Source: the human T2T-CHM13v2.0 reference genome, Homo sapiens
Assembly: GCF_009914755.1 (NCBI RefSeq)
Contig: NC_060926.1
Length of the DNA stretch: 64,000 bases
Reading direction: 5' to 3' (one strand)
Made by a program: the position numbers and the translations under genes. The notes under the pieces are model-generated. The model saw only the letters and a list, made by a program, of their open reading frames with translations, was not told the origin of the DNA and did not search any database. Below are positions 14,083 to 29,108 of the stretch, in pieces (the first letter of the stretch is position 1; the number at the start of each line of letters is the position of its first letter).

Positions 14083-14569
14083 GTGAGTGTTTTCAGTTCT
14101 CTAGTCAGGCTGCAAGTTAGCGTTGTCAAATGCCATCTTTTCTAATAGAATTATGTTTTGCTTACCATAGTCCTAGTCAAAACAAGCCAGCCATGGAAAG
14201 AATAACCTTTCTTTAAAGACCTCTTCCACACTTCACACAGAGACATCTTACACAGAGGGATGTGTGTGTGCACACGCACACACACACACATACACTCACA
14301 CACAGTGATTGAGAGAGGTTATGAAAAAGGATGATTTTATCAGGGGAAAAAAATATGTTTCCTAGTTTGATCATAGCCCTGTGTTTGTATAGCAAAACAA
14401 CTCCTGTCTGTATTTTGACAGTTTTAAAAATTCAAGTGAAGATTTAATGTGAAAATTCAGGTGAAGATTCAATGTGAATTCAGGATTCAATGTGACAATG
14501 TGACAAAATTCACAGATCACAAAAAATAGATCTGTGTCTAATGCTTGTGTTGTTTTCTTTCCTGGACAG

Positions 14570-14617
14570 TTACTTTCTGAGCACTGAATCTTCTCCCAGA
14601 GGAAGGCAGCTGTACAG
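14570..14617 (+). CDS. DPP10: DPP10 coding exon (~15), (I)YFLSTESSPRGRQLY(S), 48 nt
   Basis: ttttctttcctggacag| acceptor, AG|gtaagc donor; phase 2-2 fits the neighbouring exons. Confidence 0.95.
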
Positions 14618-17600
14618 GTAAGCAGTGTGCAAGGATCTCCTTACACAGATTGGCTTCTCAATGGCTATCTATGTAGCATAAGGAAGGAAAGGAAAAATTT
14701 GAAATGTCTTTTTCAACATGGCTAGGAAGAGCCAACTTTGCTGACAAAGCTTCACACTCTTGCACCAGTCTCTCCCTTGACAGGACTGGAGAAAATGGAG
14801 CCCTGCTTGCTCCTTCCTGCTCTGCAGCCTCCTTATTCTTTTCTTCACCTGCTTTTGCAGTTTCTTAATATCTTTTTTGTGGCTTATTTCTCTCAACTCT
14901 CCACATCAGAGAGATTTACGTATTTTCCCTCGTGCCTTCATCTTCTGCTAAGTCTCATTTTGAATTTTCAGTGCATTAATGTGGCACAGGTGAAATTTAT
15001 TCTTGTACAATATAATGTTGTTGTGAACAGTTAGTCTAGTGTATCAAGCAGGAAGCTTTCCCTCTTTGTCTTGTTGTTCATAAAACCCAGTGAGATTGTT
15101 GCAGGAGGAGGCATCCTTATTTAAATAAGGAACGCTCATTGCTTGCTAAAATAAAGCAATATAGGGGAAAATAATTACATTTGTTCAATTTCCCAAATGC
15201 AAAACTATACTCAAAAAAAGGCTTAAGCTCACACCTATTTAGTATTAAAATGTCTCCTCACTCAGAGAGCTTTCACCAGGATCTCACAAAAATGACTTTT
15301 ATTTTTGGCTGGCAAGCAACCTATTAATTCTAGACTTTATATACATGTTCTAATTTCCATTTCACAGATCCATTTTTAAAGTGTCAAAACTGCCATGACA
15401 TATTCTCAGGGGAAATTCATCATGTTTTAAGAAGTGTCACCACTAATTCTTACCGAGTAGTACTGACTTTCCTTTGAGAGTAAAAATGCATGCTTAAAGT
15501 ACCCCGACTTCCTCTGCATCACCCCCACACTCTTATTTATACACAATTTGCTTTCATCAGAAGCAACCTTGTCCTTTTAATCGCCTTTCTTAATACATCA
15601 TTATTATAAGTTTATTCTCGTGGACCTCCTGGAACGCATGTTCTTAATTCTGACTTCCAGGAAGCAAAGCTATTCATATAGAGATAGTGATTTGAATTTT
15701 GGATTCGGGATCTTGATCAAAGTACTGGTCACTTTTTCTTTTGGTGACCTAAAGCTTATCTTTCTTGAAACATACATTATGATTGATATCGGTAGCCATA
15801 AACTGTAGCTTAGAGAGATAGAAACACTTTATATCTTATAAAACTCTCATTTTATAAAACTCAAAGAAAAATGACAGCATCAGAAGATTAGACTTGGTCA
15901 AGTTCAGCAAATGGAACTGCCTCAATCTTTCTTCCCATTATTAGTCTAAAATGTGATTTGAATCATAATGACTTCTTAGATTTGTGTGCTTGTCTTATCT
16001 CTCTAGTGACTGAGGCAGAACAGTCAATGTATCTCTGACATGTACTAGTGTAGTCGACAGTGTTACAAAGAAAATGTAGTAGCAATAAATTTTCCCTTAA
16101 ATAGCTCATCAAATGCCAGTTGGCTTGACTGTAAGATAATGTTAGTGTTTGACCCAGAAAATGCAATCAATGTCTTGCCCAGGCTATAAAAATGATCACT
16201 GGTTGACTTAATATATGGCACTAGGCACCCCTGCAGGAGTAGGACTGCTACCGTAGTCATTGTTACTTTCTTTGTCTCAAAATTTGCGTCTCTTTATTTC
16301 AGCAATCTCATAATCTAAATAATGAGAAAATACCACATAAATCTCCAGGGAGCTTGGATCTAAAAGCTTTATGGAAGAGTAGAGAGAAAAAGGTTTTAAA
16401 TCTTAGTATGTCACTGAATAGCTGTATGCAACTGGGATACTTTCTAAGCTTTTCTGTGGTGAAAATTGTACAATGTTGTGAATGTAATTAATGAAACTGA
16501 ATTGTACACTTAGAAATGCTTAAAATGACAAATGTTATGTTATACAGGTTTAACCCAAATTTTATAAAATGAAAAAAATTGACTATGGATATTTTATAAG
16601 TTATCATGAGTGAAACTAATATGATTTGTGCTTGGTATATATTGTTTTGAGTATTATAAGGAAATTTTTGGATTGTAATCATCTCACAGTGTTTCAAATA
16701 TGAAATTGTGATTTTGTGAACTGTTTCTTGTAGCTGCCTTAACACCCCTGTTCCAATCCCCATACCTACAGCGTATTGCACATCAAAATCAACGTGAATA
16801 TTGTTCATTTGTAAATATACGACCAAAAATCATGTTTCATTCCAAAATGAAATTGAGACCTTTTGTCTGATCAAGTTTTTCTAAAGGTATTCTCAACAGT
16901 GTTTTCATCCATTGACCTACCAAATTTTGCATTCAGACTTATTTATTAAATAAACAATTTGATAAATGAAATTTAATCTTATATTAATTTTTCAACTCCT
17001 GTAACCTTAAGCACCACTATTGTAAAATAAAGATGGTGATGACTCTTCTTTTTACCACCTCATTATGTCAAAGTATGTATTGTTGTTAGTGTTATATGTG
17101 TTATAATACAAATGTAACTTTTTTAAAATCAGTAATTTTTCTGCAAGTAAATGATGGGGAAAATTTGGCACTGATACCAAATTCTAATGTTTAGAATGTT
17201 TAATTTAGAAAATCATGAGCTGGATTTTTTTGTTTGACTTGTGGAAATGCATATTCCTTCTTTCAATTAGTATGTATTAAACATTGAATAATCTCTGTGG
17301 GAAATTCCCTTTAAGACTTTACACAGAAATATCTATTAAAAATGCAAAAAACAGTAAGTTAATTTGAGTTCCATTGAAATCAGTTCTTTGTTTATAGCCA
17401 TACATACAAGCGTACATATTACATACATAAAATAATACATAATTTTAATTTTAATAGATTAAGAAAAATGTGTATGTTTTAACATTACTAATAGAAGGTG
17501 ACTTTTTATGTATATGGTGATTCATAGTTTACAGTGAACCTCTATGCAAGCACCGATGTAACTCCCTTGTTTATATTATATTTAAATATGAACACCACAC

Positions 17601-17656
17601 ATTCAAGTGCCTAGAATAGTAGCATTTCTATAATAACTTCCTTTTTCTTTCTCCAG

Positions 17657-17778
17657 TGCTTCTACTGAAGGATTATTGAATCGCCAATGCATTTCATGTA
17701 ATTTCATGAAAGAACAATGTACATATTTTGATGCCAGTTTTAGTCCCATGAATCAACATTTCTTATTATTCTGTGAAG
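17657..17778 (+). CDS. DPP10: DPP10 coding exon (~16), (S)ASTEGLLNRQCISCNFMKEQCTYFDASFSPMNQHFLLFCE(G), 122 nt
   Basis: ctttttctttctccag| acceptor, G|gtaaga donor; Cys-rich segment typical of the DPP4 family. Confidence 0.96.
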
Positions 17779-19134
17779 GTAAGATAATACATGAATTCTG
17801 ATATAATATATTTTATTCATTGTATTTGGTCAATATCTGTTGGTATCAGCAACTATTACTCTAGATGATTTCATAATCTTAATTTATAAATTTTTGTTAA
17901 TAGGATATACATTATATATAGACTTACTGAGATACAATTTTTTACATATTTTGTATAGAAATAAAAAATGAGAATAAGTCAATAAACATGCACACATAAT
18001 TAATAAGTGCTATTTGAACATGAGCAACTTTAAAAGGTGAATAAATATATTTACATCAGCGAGGCCATGCCACAATCATAAACTAATTTACCTAGTCTTC
18101 AGAAAAAGTAATAGTCTAGTCTTCTTTTTAAAACAATGCTTTGGTTGTTAAGAGATTTAGGATCTATGGAAATTTAGGACCTGTGGAAATTGAATTCCCC
18201 TGCTTCAGAGTTCTTCAGTTCTGATCAATTACATTCACCATTATTACTTCTTCTATCTTGTAACAATATGCGTAGTCTTACATGTTTATACAGTATCTCT
18301 ACAATATATTCATAGAAATCATTTTCCTTTTAATATGGTACTGTATTTTCCAGAGATTAAATAGAACTCATGTGTCCTCTTATAATATGAAGAGTTGAGT
18401 GCTACTACTGCAGCTGATATATTAAGCTGTCCTTTTTTAAGAGACAATGAGAGATATACCAAGACTTACTTTTTGACATTGTTTTTCTCTTGATATATGA
18501 AATGAAGTAATCAAAAAAGAAGTCCTTGTTTAATGACACCAGGAAAAAAAAATTAGTTTTAGATGGGATTCCTTAGAGAAGTGAAGTTTCAAGATAACTT
18601 TTTACAGTAACAAATTAGCTAGTGTATTTTAAATATTTGAAGATTATGGTTAACGTATTTTTAAATTAATATATAGTTACCACCCAATTTTAAACTTTTC
18701 TTATGGATGAACTATTTCCAATATGCGTGCTTTCTTTTTTTGGCTGAGTGGCAAATAGAATTTGATCTTGGATCAGTGGATGAGGGGTGAAAGGGTTGTG
18801 AATCAGCTTTGTGAACATCAGTGGCTAGTCTATAAAAGACTAGAGATAAAGAGAAAGCATGTAGAATTGGCTAAAAACATAGAAATATAGAACATTTGGG
18901 GGAAGAGAGAATCTTAACAATAATCTCTGCAAATAGTTTCCTTCTCATATATTCTTACCCTTCTGAATAAAACGCTTATAAATAGGAATGAAAGCTAGTT
19001 ATCTGGTTTCTGTTTTGTTATGTTTTAACCACGAAGTGCTTCCATTTGGGGGGAAAAAACTATTATGTAAACTTTCTAATGATTATTACTTAGACATCTT
19101 TAAAAATATTTATACACATATTTTTAAATTCCAG

Positions 19135-19182
19135 GTCCAAGGGTCCCAGTGGTCAGCCTACATAGTACGGACAACCCAGCAA
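19135..19182 (+). CDS. DPP10: DPP10 coding exon (~17), (G)PRVPVVSLHSTDNPA(K), 48 nt
   Basis: ttccag| acceptor, A|gtgagt donor; phase 1-1 fits. Confidence 0.94.
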
Positions 19183-19933
19183 GTGAGTACACAAGAAGAC
19201 AATTAAGAATAGTTATGGTTGGCATTAGTCTTAGACATCGTGTTATCTATTCTGAGTCATATCCTCTATAAATTCTTCTTCAAAAAATCCCCACCATGAG
19301 GAAAGCTGCGTGTATACCATCAACTTGACCTTATGTATGTAAGAGAAACAGTAAAGCAAGAGATATGAGCCATGTTACAGGTGGGAGGTGAATCTTATAT
19401 GCCCGAAATAGGATATCTACTACCTAAGTCAAATAGAGTTATTGATGAAACAGGTACATTTTAGCTTACTGGCCTCTTAATGTTCTGGTTCATTCTTGCC
19501 TGGGCCTCACATAAGTTATTCCTCCAGAATAACCTTTTGAAGACATTTCAGAAAATTATGAAAAATGTGTTATTTTATATATTTTCTATCCTGTTTGTTC
19601 CAGATATCCAGGTTCTTCTAGTTTTGTATATGCACTTTTTCATTTATGAATTTATTCATTTGTATATTTGTTAGGTTTGTTAAGAGATCACCTACTTTTG
19701 TCAAACAATGTGACAGAGTCGGAGGGTACACTGAAAGAGTGTTTTGTTCAAGAACTTACAGTAAAGTAGATAAATAAATGCATGGTTGAGCTTATCTTAA
19801 AAATGAATAACCAGATTTCATCCTGCCTTCCTTTCTCTTTCCTTTCTTCCATGTTTGTATCCTTCTTTCATTTTTTAAGTTTTATTTAATCAATGCTTCT
19901 ATTCTGTGATGATTTCACATAAGCTACTATAAT

Positions 19934-20145
19934 CTAATAATGGCTCATATTTATTGACTCACTTGAACTTTGGAATACCTCTGAGATAGTTAATTTGATT
20001 ATCCCTTTTTACAGGTGAGAAAAATTAGTCTCAAAGAGGTTAAGTGGTAATAACTTGGCCAGAGTCATACTAATAAATGGCAGAACCAGGGATCAAATGA
20101 GACAGTCTGACTCGAGAATAGGTTTATAATTCACTACAATATAAT
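19934..20145 (-). mobile_element. MIR
   Basis: attatccctttttacaggtgagaaaa...agaggttaagt..aacttggccagagtcatac core. Confidence 0.75.
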
Positions 20146-21307
20146 AACTACTTTTTCTATTGTGCTTTTGCCTCATGCATTGCATACTCTTATTTAAGTA
20201 GGAGTCAGTTAGGTGGCTTGACTTAGAAGATATATAGGTAAAAAAGTGTAAGGTTGAATGACAAATATCATTTTGAGAAAACAGACCAAGACCATTTATA
20301 TTGTTCAAATAATGTCATATAGACACTTAGTGCATGCCCGAGGCAACAAGAAATTTCTAAATTTGTGTTGGGTTTTTGTGTGGCTGAAAGATGGTTTAGC
20401 ACACATTTTAGTTTCTATTTATTTCATTATTTCCGTCTTCAGTGTAAACCTTAAAAAGATTATGTTAAGCAAATCAAATATATTCAATATTAACTCTAAC
20501 GGCAACAATAATGACCATAGACAGTACGGTTGATAAAATGGAAAGAAGGTTGAATCTCATAGATAGAACTATCAGTGTATAAAATAAGTCTATCACATGC
20601 TTTTTGTGGGATCCAAGACAGTGCGTTAACATCTCAAAACATCAGTGTCCTCCCAGACAAATAAACAAATGTGTTTGCAGTGAAGATGAGTAACATTCAT
20701 GACATATAGGACACATTTAATCAATAACTATTTGTGTTACACTGTATATCTTGCCTTTAACAAAGGATGATTAAAGATTTTCCAATCTGATTTTAATTTA
20801 ATTTTATCCTGTTGTTACAAGGCAATGTCTTTTCTAATAACTTCTGCTGCAAATTACAAAACATTTCTGTCTAAGGGAAATCATGTTATTTTCCTGTTCA
20901 AAAGCCAATCATGTTTGTCTCAAGGTCAACAAAAACAAAAAAAGGCTGTGAATAGTGGTCAAGTGCTTAATTTTCTTTTCAAAAGATAATTACTTAGGGA
21001 GATAAAATTTATAGTCAATGGCAAGTAAATCTTTGGGTCAATGAAAGCAAATATACCAATGAGTAAGTCATAACTCATTTTTGGGCCACATGAAGTAGAA
21101 TAGTGCATGGAGAGAAAATTTTAAAAAAGAAAAAGGAAAATATTTAACAAGCATGGAAAACCTTTAAACCCACTAGTTATCAAAGAAACGCAGAAGAAAC
21201 TACTGCCATGTAATTTTTCCTAACAAATTAATAACATTAAAAATTTACATTACTAATAAAGATAGAATGTGGTAGAAATGTTAATTATAACATATTAAAA
21301 ATAATAG

Positions 21308-21614
<307 letters not shown>

Positions 21615-21775
21615 GAAACTTAATTCTTTTATATCATTTTTTCATTTTTGTAGTTTACACTGAGAAAATAATTCTAAATGGAGAATATTATGACAAAGCT
21701 ATTGAAAATAGAAAAAGACATTATAAATAACAAATAATGGGAGTTTGTAAGTACATTTTAATGGAATATTACTCA

Positions 21776-22055
21776 GTGCCCTGGGCATCTTCCATCTGTT
21801 TTTCCAGAACCACTTTTAACTCTCAATTCTTCTCTTCGATGTTCTCTGGCCTAGAAGTACTTTCTATAGATGACTTAGGTTCTGTTGCCCCATGGCTTCC
21901 AACTGGATTCAACCAAAGGAAATCTTGTAGGCAACTGGAAAGAGGGAGAAAACTGCTCTGGGTTGTTTATTCCACCAGCCGTGTTCCTATGGAGTCACCA
22001 CAGGTTGGCTGTGACCTTTGGCTGAAGGGAATCTTCACCCTTGACCTTCAGGCCC
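21776..22055. mobile_element. LTR33-like ERVL LTR fragment
   Basis: ttgccccatggcttccaactggattcaaccaaagg resembles the recalled LTR33 core. Confidence 0.5.
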
Positions 22056-22065
22056 AGCCACTGTT

Positions 22066-22690
22066 TTCTTGAAGTTTTCTCTTTTCACTGTGTTTCTGCC
22101 AGGTTTTGGTATCAGAATCATGCTGACCTCATAGAATGAGTTGGGTAGGAATCCCTTCCCCTTGATTTTTTGGATTAGCTTCAGTAGGATTAGTAGCAGC
22201 TCTTCTTTATACATTTCATAGAATTTGAATATGGATCCATCTGGTTCCAGCCTTTTTCTAGTTGGTAGGCTTTTTATTACTCATTTAATTTCATAAATCA
22301 TTATCGGTCTGTTCAGGGTTTCAATTTCTCCCTGGTCCACTCTTGAAAGGGTGTGTATGTCCAGGAATTTATCAACTTCTTGTACGTTTTTTAGTTTGTG
22401 GGCATAGCGGCACTCATAATAGTCTCTGAAGGCTTTTTGTATTTCCATGGGGTCAGTGGTAATGTCCCCTTTGTCATTTCTGATTGTGTTTATTTGACTT
22501 TTCTCTCTTTTTTCTTAGGCTATGTAGCAGTCTATTAATTGTATTTATACTTTCGAAGAACCAACTTTTGGTTTTTATGCTTTTTCACGTATTCATTTCA
22601 TTCAGTTCAGCTCTGATGTGGGTTTTTTTTTTTTTCTTCCTCCTGTAGCTTTGGGATTGATTTGCTCTTGTTTTTCTAGTTTCTCTGAGT
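22066..22690 (-). mobile_element. L1P/L1PB ORF2 internal fragment
   Basis: Visibly homologous to 38650-39290 of the full-length L1. Confidence 0.85.
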
Positions 22691-24927
22691 GAATATTCAC
22701 CATTTTTTAAGCATTTAAAATTAAATGCTTAGGATAGCTTCTTTGGAAATACACTAATGTTTAAATAATCAGAGTTTCTTTCCATTTTAAACATGTAAAA
22801 AACCTCTTAGAACATCTAGTCTTCCAGATATATATAATAGGGGAAGATATTTACTTACAAAAGAGGTAGTTTGATGTGCCTGAGGTTACACATAGACAGC
22901 ATAGTCCAATGGGAGAAACATAAAATTACATGCTTATAACAGTCTATGATTATTTCTCTAGTAAAAGTGCACACAGTTCAGGACAAGAGGAAGTCAATGA
23001 GAAGACATTTTCAGAAAAACGAATGTGTGTATACAAACATAAGAACGCATAAAAGTGTTCACATTTGCAAGATAAACATTGTTCATCATAGCTGGAACAA
23101 AACATTTACTAAAAGAGCAAAACTATATGAGGCCAGAGGGGCAGACTGGAATTGGATTATAACTCTTATGTTTTCTAAGTAGTTTGGATTCAATCATATT
23201 TGTTCAATGATAAACCTTTGACATTTTATTTTATTTTTTTTCTGGCCATGGAGTAACTGGAAATAGACCTGATTCCCTTGTTTCCTTTAATAATAATAAA
23301 AAAAAAGAGTAAAGAAAACTGGACAAAATATACAAATCAACTGTTTCCAGACATTCAACAATAGCCAGCATGGGTCTCTGATCCCTGAAAGAAGGAAACA
23401 AGTACAATTAGTGTTGTAAGTTCTCTGGCTTTCTTGTTAATAGAAATTTCTGAACTCCAATGCAATAAGGAATAAGCTAATCATAATACAATGATATCTC
23501 TGAGTTGAGGAGACAGAAAATGATATTCAGAAAGATTGAGGCTTATGGAATGTTGAGGAATGGTATGGAATTTTATGGAATTGAGGCTTATGGAAAGATG
23601 AAACTGGAAATGAAGAAGCCACATGGAGAAAGACATCTGCATAGGGCTGGAAGAGGGATCACCCTGAATCAGCTGCTGAAAATACCTAGCTGAGTATGCA
23701 TAGGAAGATGCTTCATGAGTGTGGGCAATGCCGGAGCTCACAGAGTGGTGGGATTTGCTCAAGTTATAATCAGCACAGTAGTGGAACATTTAGAAGAGAT
23801 CCCAGAAGTGTCCTGCCTTTTGTAGTGCTAAACTAGCCATAGAGCAAAGGTCATTCAAATACACACTAAAAAGATTTCTTTAAAAGTCTTGAAATGGTCA
23901 ACCTGCCTGCAACATATGCCAGAACAAAGTCCAACAATTGTTAGAAGATCACAACAAAACCCAGGCTTTCAAAATGTAAATGTCACAATGGTTGGTATCT
24001 AATAAAAAATTACTAGCTTTGTGAAGAAAGTAGAAAATATTACTCATAAATAGGAGAAAGATTAGTGAATAGAAACAAACTCAGAAATGACAGAGATGAT
24101 GGAAATCACTGGCAAATACAGTAAATTAGCTGTTACAAATACATAAAGCCATCAAGGAAAGAATGAATGTAGAGAGAAAACAAAGATAATATATTTTTAT
24201 GAAAGAACTTTGTGAATTTAAAATAAAATATTTGAAATATAAACTTCACTGGAAAATACTAAGAACAGATTAGATGCTGCAGAAGAAAAGATCAGTGGAC
24301 TTGAAACAATATCAGTGGAAAATTTCTTGACACAAATAGAAAAGGAATGAAGAAAGTAGAACCTAAATTAACCATAGGCCAGTATCTACATCTATCATAT
24401 TTGTAATTAGAGTCAGAATGGGGCAAGGAAACTTGCAAAAAATATTTGATGCAATAACGGCCAAAAATTTTCTAAATCTGATGAAAAAGTTAAAAAAAGT
24501 TCAACATAACGGAAGCAGGATAAATGTCAATAAAACCACACTAGCGCACATCATTAGCAAATTATGCAAAACCAATGATAAAGAAAAACATTTTAAATAA
24601 TCAGAAATTAAAAGACACATTACATCCACATATTATGCACATAGTAAAAACGAATGACTACAGACATCTCATCAGAAAAAAGCAAACTGGAAGACAATAG
24701 AACAAAATGCTGCAAATGCTGACGGAAAACCAAACTGAACTAAACAAAAATTCTTAATAGAAAAACAAACCTAGAAGATATTTCTCACTTAAAAATGAAG
24801 ACAAAAAGAAAGTTTCAATAATAAAAGAAGTGAGAACGTTCTGTCATCAAACTTGCTCTTCTAAATAACAAATTGATCAATAAAAACTAAATAATTAGAA
24901 AATATTTTGAGCTGAAGGAAGATGAAA

Positions 24928-25093
24928 ACACATCAGATTCCAATTTACGTGTAACTACAGCTGTGATTAGAAAGAAATTTATGACTCTAACTTATTATAT
25001 AAAAATAAAAACACAACAGATCCCAATTTAGGGGTTACTACAGTTGTGATTAGAAAGAAATTTATGATTCTAACTTATTGTATAAAAAGAAAA
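24928..25093. repeat. Two-copy tandem duplication, period ~83 bp, inside L1M
   Basis: cagat.ccaattta...actacag.tgtgattagaaagaaatttatga.tctaacttatt.tataaaaa occurs twice. Confidence 0.9.
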
Positions 25094-25618
25094 GGTTTAA
25101 AATCGATAATCTCCTCTTTCACCTTAAGGAATTAGAAAAAGAAGAGCAAATTAAAACAAAGTTGAAAGAAGGAGATTGAAAAATGACTAAGAAGGAAATG
25201 ATATTGAACATAGACTAGCAGTAGAGAAAATGTATGAAACCAAAAGTTGCTTCCCTGACAAGATCAATAAAGTTGGCAAAATTCTAGTGAGAGACATGAA
25301 GAAAAAGAGAAAAATGTAATGCCATTAATAAAAGAGATGATGTTTATACAAATGCTATAGATATTAGAATGACAATAGTGGAACATTATACGTAATTTTT
25401 TGCCAGTATATTAGGCATCTTAGATGAAATGGAAAAATTCCTTAAAATACACAAATCACTAAACATTCACACGAGAAGAAATACAGTATATAAATATGCA
25501 ATTAACATTCTCCTCACAAAGGAAACTCCAGATGCAGCTAGTTTCACTGGTGCATTTTATGCAACTTTTAATAAGTTAATACCAAGTTTACACAAACTCT
25601 TTTTAAAAATATAAGGCA

Positions 25619-26023
<405 letters not shown>

Positions 26024-26855
26024 CTAAATAATAGCAAGTCAAACCTAGCAATTATAGAAAGTATGATAGTTTGTTATGGCCATATTGGGTTTACCCAAAG
26101 ATTCTATGTTTGCTATAACCTTCAACAAACAATGTAATTCACCGTATTACACTGACACCTCAAAGGAGTTTTTAAAAACTTGAAAATTTTGGCAAACAAT
26201 AATAATAATAAATTAATAGGAATACCTAATCAAGATAAGATAGAAAAGAAATTCCTGAACTTCATGAATGATATCTGTAAAAATACTACAGCTGACATCA
26301 TGCTTAATGGTGAAAGAATGATGCTCCTGCCTGAGGACTGGGAAAGTCAAGAATATTTGTTCTCACTCCTTCTGTGCAACATTGTGGTAGAGGACTTAGC
26401 CAGTAAAGTGGGTAAGACAAAGAAATATATGCAGTAAAACTGTGTTTATCTGCAGAAGACATACTGTGTACAAAACAAAAAGGAAGGAAACAAAAAATTG
26501 TGGAATATACACACAATAAACTATTGAAAATAAGTGAATTTATCATGGTTACATCTGTAGGCCAATACACAAAATTCAACCATTTCATCAATGAAAATGC
26601 AAGATTTAGGAGTATTTTTAAAATGCTGTTTAAAGTAACATCAAAAATCCATGGAGTATCTAGGAATAAATCCGATAAAAATGAATACCTCCTCTAAAAT
26701 CTGTATAATACTGCTGGGAGAAATTAAAGACTCAGATTTCTACAGACATAGACTTGTATATATCTGTATACAATATGTACACATGGATATATGTGTGTAC
26801 AATATGTATATATGCAAACATATATGTGAATGTATATATATGGATTAGAAGGCTA

Positions 26856-27159
<304 letters not shown>

Positions 27160-27861
27160 TAGAAGGCTATTTTTGTGATGTAAAGTCTCTCCAAATAGAT
27201 CTATAAATTTAATACAGTGCACGTACCTCAAAATTCCAGCAAGTTACTGATGTCCACTTCATGTTTTATCAAATTTTTTGATGTTTCATTTTTGCTATTT
27301 CTCTATTACTGTATTTTCAAGGTCATTACTCTTTTGTTCTTCAGTGCCTAATATTTTATTAATATCACCCAGTATATTTTTCATCTTAGATCATATAATT
27401 TTCATGTATTTCAGATTCTGCAGTTTTTATTTTTAGAAATATATAACATGCTCATGCTTTTTCTACCTTATTAAATACCTGAACTACAATCCAGGTGTCC
27501 TCATCCTGTGTTTCTGTATCCCTTTTAATTAGTATAGGTACCTAGGTATTGTGAATCGCATCTCATTTGGTGCTAGATAATCTTGTATTTTGCTAAAATA
27601 TTCTTAAGCAGGTTAACAATATGATCAGATTTGCATTTTGAAAACGTAAATGATAAATTTAATATAGAAGCAAATGAAAAAGTTTTACTGGCCTAATGAA
27701 GCTTACTTAGAAAACTGTTGTAGTAATTCAGAAGAGAAATGATGAGTTAATCAGCACAGTGCCTGCCAAATGGTAACAAGTGGATAATTTTTTGTTGTGT
27801 CACACTGATTCTGTTTAATGCATAGGGGTTAGCTATTTACACTACCCTTTTTGGTTTACAG

Positions 27862-27960
27862 AATATTTTATATTGGAAAGCAATTCTATGCTGAAGGAAG
27901 CTATCCTGAAGAAGAAGATAGGAAAGCCAGAAATTAAAATCCTTCATATTGACGACTATG
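27862..27960 (+). CDS. DPP10: DPP10 coding exon (~18), (K)YFILESNSMLKEAILKKKIGKPEIKILHIDDY(E), 99 nt
   Basis: tttacag| acceptor, G|gtaaaa donor; frame continuous. Confidence 0.95.
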
Positions 27961-28067
27961 GTAAAATTTTGTGCATGCTATGTTATTCAAGAACAACTTT
28001 CTCTGCGTCTTATAGTTTTACCTGTAAATGACTCTCCATCTTTAATATTTTGCTCTTTCTTTAAAAG

Positions 28068-28137
28068 AACTTCCTTTACAGTTGTCCCTTCCCAAAGATT
28101 TTATGGACCGAAACCAGTATGCTCTTCTGTTAATAAT
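28068..28137 (+). CDS. DPP10: DPP10 coding exon (~19), (E)LPLQLSLPKDFMDRNQYALLLI(M), 70 nt
   Basis: ctttctttaaaag| acceptor after a 107-nt intron, AT|gtaagt donor; LPxDF...YxLL motif. Confidence 0.95.
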
Positions 28138-28869
28138 GTAAGTATTTTATTTGTTTTTAAAATAAAGGAATCTAAAGATTTTATATTTTTGTGTCTCACA
28201 TGACAACATTTGATTCAATAAAGAAGAGAAGTCCTATGTGTGTAGTTAATCAGGACAGCTGTCTGTTGTCTAAATTCCTCTAGAAGTCCATCACTAAATC
28301 ATGTATAAAGATGTGTAAATTTTTTTGAACTTCTTGCATCCCACATGGAGTTTGGTGCTACTGCCAGGAATAGTGACACTAAATAGTTTGATTTGTGGGT
28401 GTCTGCTTAGCAATTACTCAAGCCCTGCGCTCTTTATCAGTTGTTTATGCAACATTGTGGAACATGTAATTCCACTGCTAAAACAATGGGTTATGTTTGT
28501 ATCACTCCTATTGATTTTTCCTCCTGCATGCATGGCCTGCAGTAAGCTGCTCCTATGCTCAGAAAACTTGACTCAAGTTTTTTTCATCTTGAAATTGACT
28601 TTGAAGTTAAATATCTTTATACATTTTGTAAGGCTATATCATGACTATATAGTATTAGGCACCGAGGCCCCTAACATCTAATGCGTAACTAACTTGATAT
28701 TGATTTAGCATTGTATTCCTGAGAGTTATAAGTTATTTCCCTTATTAATATGATCAGGTAGCATATTGATATAATAGTGCTTAAAACAGTCTAAAATTAT
28801 ATCTTTAGATACAATAATTTCTTCAGATATAATATTTAGAAATAGTAAATATGAAAATAACATTGCTTA

Positions 28870-29108
28870 TTATGATCACTGAGTATAGTGGATAAGTATT
28901 CAGTCTGTGGAATCGGATTTCCTGGGTTCATATTCTAGTTTTGCTATTTATTAGCTGTGTGTCCTTGGGCAAGTTCCTTAACCTCCTACAAGGCTAAGTT
29001 TCTCTAAATATAAAACAATCATTACAATACAACCTGTGTTTTAAGACTGCTTTGTAGACTGAGTGAAATACAACATATAAAGTCCCTTAAACAGTGCCTA
29101 ACACATAT
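28870..29108 (+). mobile_element. MIR
   Basis: cctgggttca...tagctgtgtgtccttgggcaagttccttaacctc core. Confidence 0.8.
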
